Shown: positions 26,701 to 40,000 of the stretch, in pieces
How the letters are laid out: each line of letters starts with the position of its first letter
Position numbering within the stretch: the stretch's first letter is position 1
From: Magallana gigas
Taxonomy: Eukaryota
Assembly (NCBI RefSeq): GCF_963853765.1
Contig: NC_088853.1
Span: forward strand, 70,866,001 to 70,930,000
Length of the DNA stretch: 64,000 nt
Direction of reading: 5' to 3'
The notes under the pieces: generated by a model
The model's database searches: none
Told to the model about the DNA's origin: nothing
What the model saw: the letters and a program-made list of their open reading frames with translations, nothing else
Made by a program: the position numbers and the translations under genes

Positions 26701-29700
26701 CACCAAGCACAGCCTGAGAAAATCTCACCTCTCGGACAAATCTCGGGTCTCAGACAAGCAATCTAGACAGAGCACTCACTTCAGCTTCAGGCCAAATGTG
26801 GATGATGGTTCTGAGGAAGATGGTGAGATCGAAGAGGAGATTAATCAAGACTCGAGGGTAACTCGAAATCATAGCAAAGTAACATCAAGAAAAACAACCA
26901 TGTCTGCCCGGTCAGAAGAAGAGATGATGGGATTGGTAGGAGATGAGGACTATGAGGATGATTTTGAGGAGAATGAGGACCAGGGAAGAAGAGGTCCTGG
27001 TTTTGAGTTTGAAGACAAGATGGCCTCCAGGGCCAGGTCTCTTCCCATTGGTCAGCATTTATTGGAGGACGTTGACCTATCGCGCAATGTGGACAGTGCG
27101 CCAGACAAGATGAGGAGAAGAGGAAGTGTTAGAGAGGGAAGGCGGAACTCTGAGGTACATCACACTCAATGTGTACACAGCATAAAGGACCTACACACTG
27201 GAGATTTATTGCATGTGATGTGCACGTAAACTGAGCACAACTAATAAGGCCAATCCAAAGAATGTTTTAAATTACTAGTTATGAATAATGAGCACTAATT
27301 AATGATTTCTTTTAAAGAATATTAAGGTCACAAGCACTTGTGAGGTCATCCATAAGGATATCTAAAGTCACCAGTAATGTCAAATGTTCCCTTGTAATTG
27401 AGGTCCCTCTAATTGGAGTGTAGGAGTCACCAGTAATAAATAATGTGCACTGACTAATGAGGCCATCCCATGGGGGATCAAAATAATGTGCACCAACTAA
27501 TGAGGCCATCCTATGGGTGATCTGAGTGAAGTCACTGGTAATGGCTATCCCATGAGTGATCAGAATGAATGATTGTATAATGTACACAAATAATGTGTTC
27601 AGAAGATTTTGTGTCTGTGATATGCACACAGCGGTAGTACTGTACACAACTAATGAGGCCCTCCCAAAGGATGTTTTCAAATCATCTGTAATGAATAATT
27701 AGCACTTATGCAGACATTCCAAAGGACATCCAAACTCACCAGTGATGAAAAATGTGCACTAATGAGGCCATCCCAAAGGACATGTTTAATCCTCAGTCAT
27801 TTTAACAACACATTATCTTATAAGTCCCCATGGATATTATTATGTGCACTGTCTAATCAGACCATCCATTTGGAAATGTTGATGTAATTAATATTGTGCA
27901 CAAACTGATAATGCTTTATCAATATGAAAGCTGTATCAAAAATTTAAATAGAATATGTGAGCACAAGAGGAGTTATCAAAGTGTGAATATGCACAGAGTA
28001 ATTAAAAGGTTTTGAAGTCATTAATAACTGATGCAATGTTCAAAATTAAGGAGAATACCTATCTAATATTTGCAGGGGAAATCACATCACATTTGAATTT
28101 TGTTAACTACAAATACTCCTTGATATTTCACATCACATGGCTGATTTTTCAGCTTTGAGAATGTGTTCACACTGTCACTTTCATGTTTATCTAATAAACA
28201 CTATGGTGAAAGTCATTGTTTTACCAAATTGTCTGTGTTATACAGAATTCACATCAATTAATTGAATACCCTTAAAGCTTATAATCTAATTGTGCAGACA
28301 TTTGTTTTGCAGCAGTGTCATAACAGGTGATAATCCTGGTTTCTAGGCACCATAAATGTATACATCATTTGAATTTAGCTAATTTTACTGTACTTCAACG
28401 TTTGTTCAGTTTTTAAACTGAAGCATTCTATTTTAATTTTATACACCAAAAATAAAATTGAAATTAGATTTATTTGATGAATTTTGTTTTATTGAATATG
28501 AAACTTTTGACTTAGTGATATTTGAATTATTTCATAGCAGTGAAAATCACTTTTAAATCTAAAGTAATTTTTGAAAAATCAAAAATATGATTACAAAGAC
28601 TCAAAGCATCTGTACTCTATATTTTTTAAGTGTTGTAATCAAAAAATGTCAATGCAATTTTTACGCAATTTTTAAAAGTTTGATAATTTTGTTAACAGGC
28701 GGAGGCGAGGATAACATCTGGAGCGATGTCGGCACCACCGGCCGTGGAACCAGAGGAATCGCCGCAACCAAAGAAAGAGGAAATCAGAAAGGTAAATAAA
28801 CCACCAATATGATAGACTTACAGAAGTTGTGTCAAATAGTGACAAATCTTTTTTTTTTATTAATGTTTAGGATAGATTGATAACCTTTGAGGAACAGAAA
28901 CATTAATTGTTGAAATTTTAAAGTTAAATAACTTTTTGGAATATCCAGTCTAGACAGAAATGTTTAAAAACGTGATTTATTGATAACTGGATAATGACAA
29001 ATTTTAAATTTTGAATAGAGCTTTTAATAACTTATGAAATATTAAGCATTTCAAATATGATCCTTTTTCGAAAGACTTAATATATCAATTTCATTAAACC
29101 ATCATTTATGCTTACATGTTTATGCCAAGTTGAAATATGATGCAGAGTTTAAAATTTGGTGAATTTAAATTTTGCAAGCTGGACAGAGAGACTTCAATGT
29201 CAGCCAATTATAGAATTACAATAGATGATGAGGTAACAGTAATCTCCCTTTAGTGGAACTCTCCTGAAAGCTTCCATATAATTATGTTGTTCCTCCATAT
29301 TCTTTTTACGTAGTGTTGATGTATTTTTTCCTTTTATATGCATGGTATATCATTTTAGTACTTTTTTATGCTGTATATCTAAATAGAAAGAAAGAAGTAA
29401 ATCAAAAGGAATATTTTAGCATAATGTCCATTTTTTTAATTCAAAAAGAAAAAAAATTGATGTATAATGTTGGGGAAATTCTAAATTTAAAAAAAAGATT
29501 ATGTATAAAATAATTGATTATAATTAAGAGTGACAGAGGAAAAAATAATATTTAATATATGAAATGAGACAAACGGAAGACAAAACAAGATTATGGCCAA
29601 TTTTTTCTGTTTGAAAGATGTTATGTTTTAAAATATTATATAGACGTAGAAATCTTTAGTTCAGAAAACCAGTCATAGTTCAGATCATTAGCTGTAGTGA

Positions 29701-32700
29701 AAGGAATAGCCAAAGGGTTGAATCAATTTTCCATTATGAATTATAAATTAAAGAGCTGATTTCTTGTAAAGCTATAATAATTGATTATTAGAAAAATTAT
29801 TTCATTGAACTGCAGCAAAAATTTCGTTACATTTTTTTAATTGAAAGTGAATTTATAAATTTAAAAAATGCAACCATTTCAGTCTCTACCAAAGAAAACC
29901 AAGAAAGTGAAAGTAGACTCAGGGGTAATTCATTATTTTGTGAAGTTATGAGTCTGGGTTTTATTTAACTTGTAAAACTTTTAAGACGAGTGTTTAATTT
30001 AACCATTGTGGTTTTTTGTTTTTTTTTTAAATATTATTTTGATTTAACGTTTAATTTTACCATTGAACAGGAGAATAGGGGAACAACATGTAATGTTTAA
30101 AGATTTTCAAGAGGTCAACAGTTAATGTTAGAAGTATGTTCTGCTTATGGGTGACAAAACTTGGTGTTATATTTTTATAAAGAAATATATTTTCTTCATA
30201 GCCTCTGGATTATGTTTCAAAGTGTAAATACACTCCTAGAGGTAGTATTTCTTGATCCCACAATCAATTCTTAAAACGATCTTCTATACCTGCAAATTAT
30301 GTTACATACATGGATGCTTTATTGTTTTCCTGAAATAAATATTTGTTTCAAATTTTTATATACCTGAAATGAATATTTGTTTCAAATTTTTATCTCTCAA
30401 TTTGAGGAGTCTATACATACAAAGACCAGTAGTCATGTTTTTGTGTGCAGTTATCATTCTGTCTAAGCCTTATAAATTATGGTCAGAAGTTGCTTATTTG
30501 GAGATAAATTGCACAGATGACAAATTCTTCTTGTTATGTATTTACCTGATTATTTTGTGTCAGTTGTCGGGAGTCCGGAGCCCGTTAGGATCACCCCGCC
30601 CCCAGGACTCGGGAACTCACCCCCACAAAACTCACTCTCATCACAAGTATGCCCTACCCATCCAGGAAATCTCGGAGGCTAGCAGCCATGAGTCGGGGCG
30701 ATCTCGTCATGGCTCGGTGCACACACCAGAATCGGGTCACAAGGATGCCTGGTTGACCCCAAGAGTGACTCCTGCGCAAGGTCGAGTTATTCTTAGCACC
30801 ACCCCCAGGGAGGGAGTGATGCGGGATCTCCCACCTTCCCAGGAGTCCGCAGTGGACAACGTCAAGACAATGTTGGAGGAAGAAAACCTGTCGTCTATGC
30901 AGCAGCGAACACTCGAGTCCGTCAGGAGTGCCCTGCAAAAGATCAGCGATGACCCAGTTTTAACGGACGTTCAGTTAGAGAGAACACTCACAATTATCTC
31001 CCTTGCGAGTCAGCTGACTGAAGAGTCCCTACAGCTTGGCGTTCTGCCAGACACCATGTTTGAGCAGTTCGCCGACATCAACTCGCGAGCTATGTCTGAT
31101 CTCGGAATTAGCGAGGACGACTTCCGAGTCTCTGAGACACCTAACCCACCCATGGAGCTGTTGAGACCTTTGACTCGAGATTCTTTGAACACAAGAGATG
31201 AGGTACCACACATTATCCCTCCCCCCACAGCAATGCACTTGTTGACATTAAGCCCAATCACAAAAACCATGAAGAACTTGAGCTCAGAAGAATCTCAGTT
31301 GAACTCAAGGAAATCTATGCAATTTCTGGTCAAATATTAGTCTTCTTCTTTCTGTCATAGACACCATTCAATCCTTTCACTGTTTCTCTGTACAGTTCTT
31401 ATATTGAATAAGGGAGGCTGGGTGGTCAGCTATATCTGACTTGAACTTTGACTGATGATCATATTTTTTCCAAGAATTAATTTTAAGTTTAAAAAAAAAC
31501 AAAAAACTAGTAAATGTTTCCAATGAGCTTGAGATTTGAGTCTTTTCCAGAATCCTACATCTCTATCCAGAACTCTTCTTCATATGGAGGCAAATATAGC
31601 CTAGAAATGGCCACGACCACCCAGTCCCTATTTAATTCCTGTGTTTTTTTCTGTGTGGACTCTCTGACCTTACTGTAAGATTCAGCACACCTTTACATCC
31701 CATATTTTTTTAACACAACTTTCATGTCTTCTGATGATAAACACTAGACTTGTCTCTATTTACCTCTTAATATGTTCCTTTTATAAAAATCTCGAGCCAA
31801 TTGAGCACACTATCTGTATACACATTGGTTAAAAGTTATTTATTTAAAGAAAGTTTCTTTAAATGAGACAAGCATGTAAACAAAATAATCAAGAAATAAT
31901 ATATTTAGTGAAAAGTAAAATTAATGTATTCAAGTAAAAACAGTGTTACCATTATTTATATTTAGGGTAATACTTAATGCTGTTCTGTAAGCTTGTTTGA
32001 TGTAATGACTGTACAGCTGTTCCGTTTGCCTCCCCCCTCTAGCCCTCCTCTATGATGACGTTCCTACAGGAGTTGTCCTACACCTCGCTCCACCCTCTCC
32101 CCCCTCTCCATGGATACCTAGGCTCCTCCCAATCACAGCGCCTCCACCCACATCGCAGCGGGCTCTCGACCCGCGGCAGTCAGAAGGGCATCAGGCGTGA
32201 CATGACCTTTGCTACCATGGCAACCGGAGGCAGTTCCATCAGGGATACTTTCACAGCTTCATCCAAGGATTCCATGAGGTTTATTTTGGGCGGTGGGAAG
32301 GCGACGGATTCGATGATCGCACGTCACGGCAGAGCCGACACAGAACTTGACATACTTATGATGGACAGTGAGGTATCCTCGCGACGAGGAATGTGTGATG
32401 CCCAGGTGATTCCCCCCACCAGCCCCCCAAACCCCCAGTATCACCATGGAAACCACTTAAATGACTCACCTTGTTGTCCACAGTTACCTAACTTGTCTTG
32501 ACGTCTCACTCACTGTCAATGATTTCTGATTGACTTCTGTGACGTTCTATGTTTGTGTCCTGTTATTAAACAACCCACCATCTTTTGTTACACTCTTATA
32601 CCACAGTTCTGTCTTGTGTTTAGTTTTCACAATTATTCCAATTATTCTGATAAAGAGAGAAATGAAAGAAATGCATAAAATGTCATTAACACTGGTTTAA

Positions 32701-35700
32701 ATATTTTTTTGAAAGATCCTCTGAATGTGCAATGTTGATGTTTTTCCTAACATTCTTGTGTATGTGTGAACAGTAACACTGTTTATTGTTTATTTGCAGT
32801 TTTGTTGTTGTTTTTGTTGGTGTCTAACATTATGGTTTATGTTGGACTTTCTTGTTGATTTGATTAACACATTTATTATATTTTTTTATGATTATGTTCA
32901 TCATCGCTTCACTTTATATCAGTAAACAAAATTGAGTTCCAATTTCAGGATCTTAATCTTTTAAGTATTTGGAAAACATTGACAAAATGTATGTGTGAAA
33001 AGACAAATTAAAATTATAGAAGACATTAACCGTTTTGTTTATTAAACTTATTGTTTAGCCCATTTAACAGTTTTAAAGAAATATCGACCAATATTTATGA
33101 TCAAGAGGTACATGTAAGCAACAGTTAGTAGTTGTCAAGAGTTAACAATAGAATAAAGAAAAATAATATGTACTCAAACATTCTTCAGACCCAGACTGAC
33201 CCAGAGTTTGGTACTGAACTGACAGAGGATGAACTCAGAATGACCTCCGCCCAGAGTCGCGCCTCACTGCGGTACCAGTTTAAGAATCGTCTGGAAGAAT
33301 CTCGTAATGCGGCGGAGGAACGTCGCTCTAAGTCCCCTGTAATCTCTGTCCCTTCCCAGAGGTCCATTGACGACCAACTAATTGAAGATGATGACTTCCC
33401 AATTCCTGATGACATCAAAGGTATTGTATAAGGGCGGTCAAGGAGGCCGAATGACAATTATGAAATTTGCCAGACATCTGTTTTTCCTAAAGATAATAAC
33501 CAATTTTGGGAAAATTAGAACTGAACATACAAAATAGAGTATAAATATTTATTTAAGTCATATCTCATCAATAATTTTGCGCAAATTTTTGTAAGTAAGT
33601 ATGCTTTATGGACCTGATGTATCAAAATAGAATACAAAAAATGCAATGCTAGTATCGCGTTTGGTAATTTTTTAAAAATTTTTAACCCATCAAAACAAAG
33701 AAGATATAAGCATACCTGATATCCTGAGTAATCAGAAACTTCGTTTTTCATTTTACTTTAACAGAATCGAGTTTCTCAACTTTAATCATTTCTATCTCTC
33801 ATAGAATACATATATTACCGTTCTAATTGCTTATTATTGCCATTGTTTACAACAGCGATGTAGAACAAAATCAATACCGGGTATCTAAAACGCTTTGTAA
33901 AAGTCGAACCAATATTGTAAAATACGTATTATGACGTAGTGCGATACTCGGACTACTTTAAGGAGACTGGATGGTCAACAAACTAACCATCAGATCTACC
34001 TTATAAAAGTTTGAAATCTTTTTTTTTCAAGAAGAAGTAGAGATGGAGGACCGCGGTACATCCCCTCCCCCCGACCTGAGGAGACAAAGCACTGCCATGT
34101 CACGGAAACTGGTGGATCACCCAGTGGTGGGGGAGTACCTTAAGGCTTATGAAGGAGTGCTTAGCTTTAAGGAGAACCTCTCTAGGATCATGCAGGATAG
34201 GGGTATGTTACTTAACAGAAAACACAATGTCATGTTGATGGTAGGTAGGGAACTACCTTAAGGCCTATGGGGGGGGGGGGCTTTACTTAAAGGAGAACCT
34301 CTCTAGGATCATGCAGGATATGGGTATGTTAGCAGAAAAGACATGTTGATGGTAGGTTGAAGGAGTACCTTAAGGCCTATGAAGGGTTCCTTTACTTTAA
34401 GGAGAACCTCTCTAGGATCATGCAGGATAGAATGTGTCTTAAGAATATGATGAGGGTAGGAACAGTCTATGATAAAGTCAGGGGTAGGGGACATAAATGC
34501 TTGTGAGGGAACTTTGAAGTTGTTATGAGGTTTTAGTTGATGAAAAGGAGACCTCAAGGACTGCTAGTGCGTGTTCCTCTTATGTATAACCTACCTTCTA
34601 TATTTACAATGCTCCCATTTTATTTCCGCCCTCTCACTCTGTTGAAGTTAATCTAATCATGTGTATGTTTGACACATTGCAGAGTTCCTCCAGGCTAGTG
34701 AGCTTCTACAGGAACTGGACTCGGTGACCTTTGACATGAACTCCAAAGTTCAGCCTCAACTTGAGAGCATGACCAAGAACATTTACTACAGTGAGTTTTG
34801 TTGAACTTGATGTTGAACTTTATTTATGATTGATAAACTGTACACTGTCAGTGAGTTTGACAGGAAGTCAAACATTTCAAATATGTCTTTAATATATGTT
34901 TAATAGAACTTCTAAAATGTATACCGTAATCCGGTGAATATAATACGCACTTTTTTCCCAGCATTTTTTACCGTGAGAAAGGGATGCGTATTATACATCC
35001 CTATAGGATTTGGACATATTTTTTCCCTAGCTGAAGCACAGGGTATCATACTGCCGTATTACCTATGCTGTTCACAGACAGGACCGATACCCCGCTATAC
35101 ATCGCAACATTACTTCATTATCACATATATATTGTTATTTAACCCTTAGGGAATCATTGTTATAGCATGTAATTAAAGAAAATGTATACTTTAAGTCTGT
35201 TAATAAATAAACTGTTTCAAAATGGCCTTTAAAATTTAATTTGAACTGATTATTCTCTATCTCCGTGTACGCCGCCATTACAGCTGTTATTAATAGAATG
35301 CGGACTTGGATGGCCACGTGCTATTTGTAACCGATCTTTGAATTTCAAAACAGCTTACACATCATTTGGCTCACTTTTAACCATTTTCATGTAATGCTAA
35401 TTAGTTTATTGCAAATAATTATGAATATAAATAATTCTATAACCTATTCTGTCAATTGAAGCCATTGAAACAGTACTAGTTGTGCTCCCCCACCGCTAAC
35501 GCTTGACACCTTGGGTATCTCAGACACCCCCCTTAGGCTATGTGTACTATACACAACACAACTATTTGTGCATATATTTTATTATGTTCCAGGCCTCTAA
35601 TTGATCACTTTGATCAGAGTCATTTAAGAATTTAATAAGGTCCGTTATCTCCATACCTGTACATCGTCCGTTTTTCACTTCACAGGGTTTGTAATGACTA

Positions 35701-37023
35701 AACAATTATATAACGCTTGTTAAAAGTAGTTGATTTTATTTACGGTAGAATATTTAATACTGGGTCTATTTAAAACATTGATTATGAATTAAAGATATTA
35801 CCACGATGTATTAGTTACAATATATCCGTACTAAGAAAATGTTGTGTTTTTCTTATTTCCGGTAGCGTATTCCCGCGATGAAGTTGAGCATGCATACAAA
35901 GTATAACTGCTTTGTTGATACTCAGGATTACCGTTTGGTCATTTTTTTTTATGCGTATTATACATCCCAACAAGCTTTTTTTTTTCACCATTTTCAGGCC
36001 CAAAGTGGGGGGTGCGTATTGTACACTACTGCATATTATATTCACCGGATTACGGTACTTCCCCTGTTAATTGATTAGTATAGCTAGATCCTGATTGTAT
36101 ATTATGCAGTGGTAAAGAGTAATGAGCTTTTTCATCAGTATCAGTTTTATGTCAGTATTATTGTCTGTTTCTAGCTCAATTGTATTCATAGTCACTTTGA
36201 ACTTGAGTCATCAAAGACTACTGTAATGTTCTAGCTCAAGACAGAATGAATGTTTTTTCATCAGTAAGCCAGTCATATCCTTTTGAGTTTAAATAATCAA
36301 GAGTGATTGTCCTTTCCTAGCTCTGGAGGAGATAATGAGTGTGCTCGGCAGCATGCTGTACATCGAGCGTGAGCCTTTAGTCTCCTCACTCAATGGAATG
36401 CTTGTCTCCAGGGACCAGACTCGGAACACATTGCAGAACCGGGAGCGATCAGCAGACTCGGGGCGGGGACAGACCGCCACCAGGGGGAGCAACCAGTCTT
36501 TCTCTACGCGCGTCCCTCAGAGTGCCTCATCAGAGAATCTGGCGTTCAAAGAGCTGCAGCAAAACTACGAGAAACTGTAAGTCTTCACTTTTTGTTGTTG
36601 TAGTGGAGGTCTTGTTTTATGGTTTTGGAACTATTGTGAAATTTACACAATATTGGTTTTAAAAATCATACAAACTCTGAGAAGTTTTCATTTATGTTTT
36701 GCATATGCCTTTTGCATTATATTCTGCTACAGTAAAATTACGTTTATATTTTTACTACATTTATTTATCCTACTGAAAAAAAGAAACAAGAACAGAACGC
36801 GTTGTTGTTTCATTTTTCTTTTAATTCAAATTAATTTCTATTACACTTTGCAGGCAGCAACAGTTGAATGAGGAGTCGAGGAAGCACGAGGAACAGATGA
36901 GACACAACACCGTGGTGATGATGGAGATGCAGGACACAATCAACGAGTTACAGCGGGAGTTAACTGCCCTTGGTAAAGCCTCCAGTCGATCAAGACCTCC
37001 GTCTGAAGGAGTGGGGCAACAGG

Positions 37024-37085
<62 letters not shown>

Positions 37086-40000
37086 CTCTCTCTCTTTATG
37101 CTGCTTAACTTGAATTTAAAGAAACTTGTTTGTCTGATAAAAGGATAACTCCTGCATGAATTTTATTATCCATTATATTTTAATTATACATGTATGTTTA
37201 TTGAAAGTATGTAATAATTTTTTTTTGTTTAGAAATTCTGAACTTGATAGATTATTTTTTAGCAAACCCCAGAGTCAGCCATTATGTTTACAAGGCTGGA
37301 CTCAGAGAGGAATGCCAAAATTATGAAGCGAGCTGTCAACGACGAGAGATTGGATACAAACAAATACAAGGTACTGATATAAATCCAGAAATTAGATATT
37401 AACAAAATGGCGACAACCATCAAGATCTCTTATGGGTTTTGATATAGACCAATATGAATCTACAGGATGATAGCCTAAAGTTTACAGACTAGCAGTTAGA
37501 GCGCTTACTTTGTGTTTCTGTAGGATGCGGTGACAACGATGGATGAATACGTCAGTCTGCCGGCCAAAAGACTAGGTCACCTGGTCAGGAAGTATGTCCA
37601 TCACAGCAGGATGAAGGATATTGAAGGTACGCAGCCACCTTAATATTGTAGTATTATTGCAATGATTATATAGTAATGTAACACTTAAGCATTGAATGCT
37701 TATTTTTGGATGTCGTCGGTCCTATGACACACCAATGCGGTGCAGAAACATTGAATACCGCGCTTTAGCGTGGTATGATAATTTGTCTTCATCGCAGCAT
37801 TGGTGTGTCATAGGACCGACGACATCCAAAAATAAGCATTCAATGCTTATATTTATATTCATACTGAGGTTTTTTGGGTATGAAATATATGTGCATCATC
37901 GCTGTAAAGCCATTATATACGCTCTTAGTCAGAGATATGAAACATACATGATACAGCCATATTAACATGTTATTTAGTGCACTACCATGGCTAAAATATA
38001 ATGCCGGAAAATGTGGTGCACTACCATGGCTAAAATATAATGCTGGAAAATTTCTAGAGAAAAGTCTTTTTAATTAAGGAGTAGATATAATTAAATGATA
38101 TTTTTTTTAGAAGTACATATCAAATTGGTAAGGTTGAACGTTTCATTTAATCTTACAAAAATAAATATGTTTACTCAAAACACGTGAAGACGTTTATATT
38201 TGTGCTCATGGCGCATGCGTTAGCAAAGTGTATTCATAGGAAGTTGAACGTCGCAGATTTCCAATGCAAACATAGGGGGAAATATACACTTACTGTAAAT
38301 ATAGAAGGATGATGATGATTGAAGGTATGCGGCAACCTTAATAATGTAGTGTTATTGTAATTATTCTATTGTAAATACATTTAGGCAATCAATCTGATGC
38401 TTATTTTTGGATATCATCAATCCTATAACACAGCAGACCATGCAGACAAATTGAATACTGTGTGTTAGCACAGTTTGATAGTGTTTGTGTTGTTGTTTAA
38501 TGTCATATCAACATATTTTCTGCTCTATTACAGAAAATGTTAAGAAGAGCAAAAGTCTGGATGAAAATGTGTTTGAAATTCTGGACAAAATGGAGGCTCT
38601 ACAGAACAAAGTAAGATATAATTACTGTTGTTGTAAACGTCCAATTTTTATCATTAAGAACTAATACAGGCAAGCAAAGATGTCATATTTTTGCAATTTG
38701 ATGCAAAACAACTCAATCGCGCATTTAAGTGCTTGGGTTAAATAAGGAATCTACAGTAATAGAAGACTTATTATTAGACAGAAAAAGTTATTTGTCCTTG
38801 TTTTAGAGAAAGCTGAGCTTTACGCATAAAATGTATGTAAAAAAAATATGCATGCGACGACAAGCTTCAAAACCAGATTTAATGTATAATTATTTACAGT
38901 AAAACAAAATCCCCTGACTGACAGTGACAGAGGTACTACATTTTTGCCGGGCAAATTGACATAGTCTTCGAATACTGTGGAATCATTAAAATTTTCAGGG
39001 GCCAATTTTCGTGGATTTACAGTTTTACAGGTTCAGGAGGACGTAATTTCGTGTATTCTCTTATACCAACAAAAGAAAATATGACTTTTTAACCCTAATT
39101 TATTAATTCGTGGAGGATTTTATTTTGTGGATAAAAGGTACCCACGAATACCACGAAAATTGAGCCACCACGAAATCTATTGATCCCACAGTATGATGTA
39201 ACAGCAATTGTTTTATTACCTAACAACTGAAACGTTGCCAAATTATTTCAATTTGTACTATAATAGAGCAGTACTGCAGGTATTGTGACAAAACTGATTG
39301 AAATGTTCATGCATCATTTTATCTGTCTTCTATTTTTTCAGCGGGCTAAGCGCTGGGCGGACAAGATGGACGACATGGGCTCCGAGAGGATGCGACTCGC
39401 TAACCTCCTGATGGAAACTCTGGACTCCATAGAACAGGAATCGGGGATATTCCTTATCAAACCCATGTACTCTTACAGAGGAAGGTAAACAGAATAGATA
39501 CTCTATAAATGTTATATAGATTCCATAGAACAGGAGTCTTGGATATTCCTAATCAAACCTATGTACTTGTACAGTGGGTGGTAAATAGAATTGACAATCT
39601 ATAAATGTTATGTAGTGGCAGATGGGAGTAGTTGTATATAATATATAGAGCAAGAGTCTGAAATATTACTCATTAACCCAAGTATTTCTATCGAGGGTTT
39701 GGGGAGGGGGGGTTGTTAATACAATGAAAAAGTGATGGAGAGGGGTAGATGGAAAAGTCAGTTAATTTCTTTTTAAAATGTAGTATTTTCCTCCATTGCT
39801 CTGTTAAATACTATAAAAACTAAGTTGTGTCTTTCTCTGATGCAGTCCTTTAGATGCAGATTACACCCAGCTGTTGGAGTAAGATGCATGACTTTATGCA
39901 CATAAATTAACTTTTTGGTCATTTTAACAAATTTATTTGTCAATATTCAATTATATATTAATTTATTTAATTTTTTTCGTATAATTAAAATTTCAAGTTA

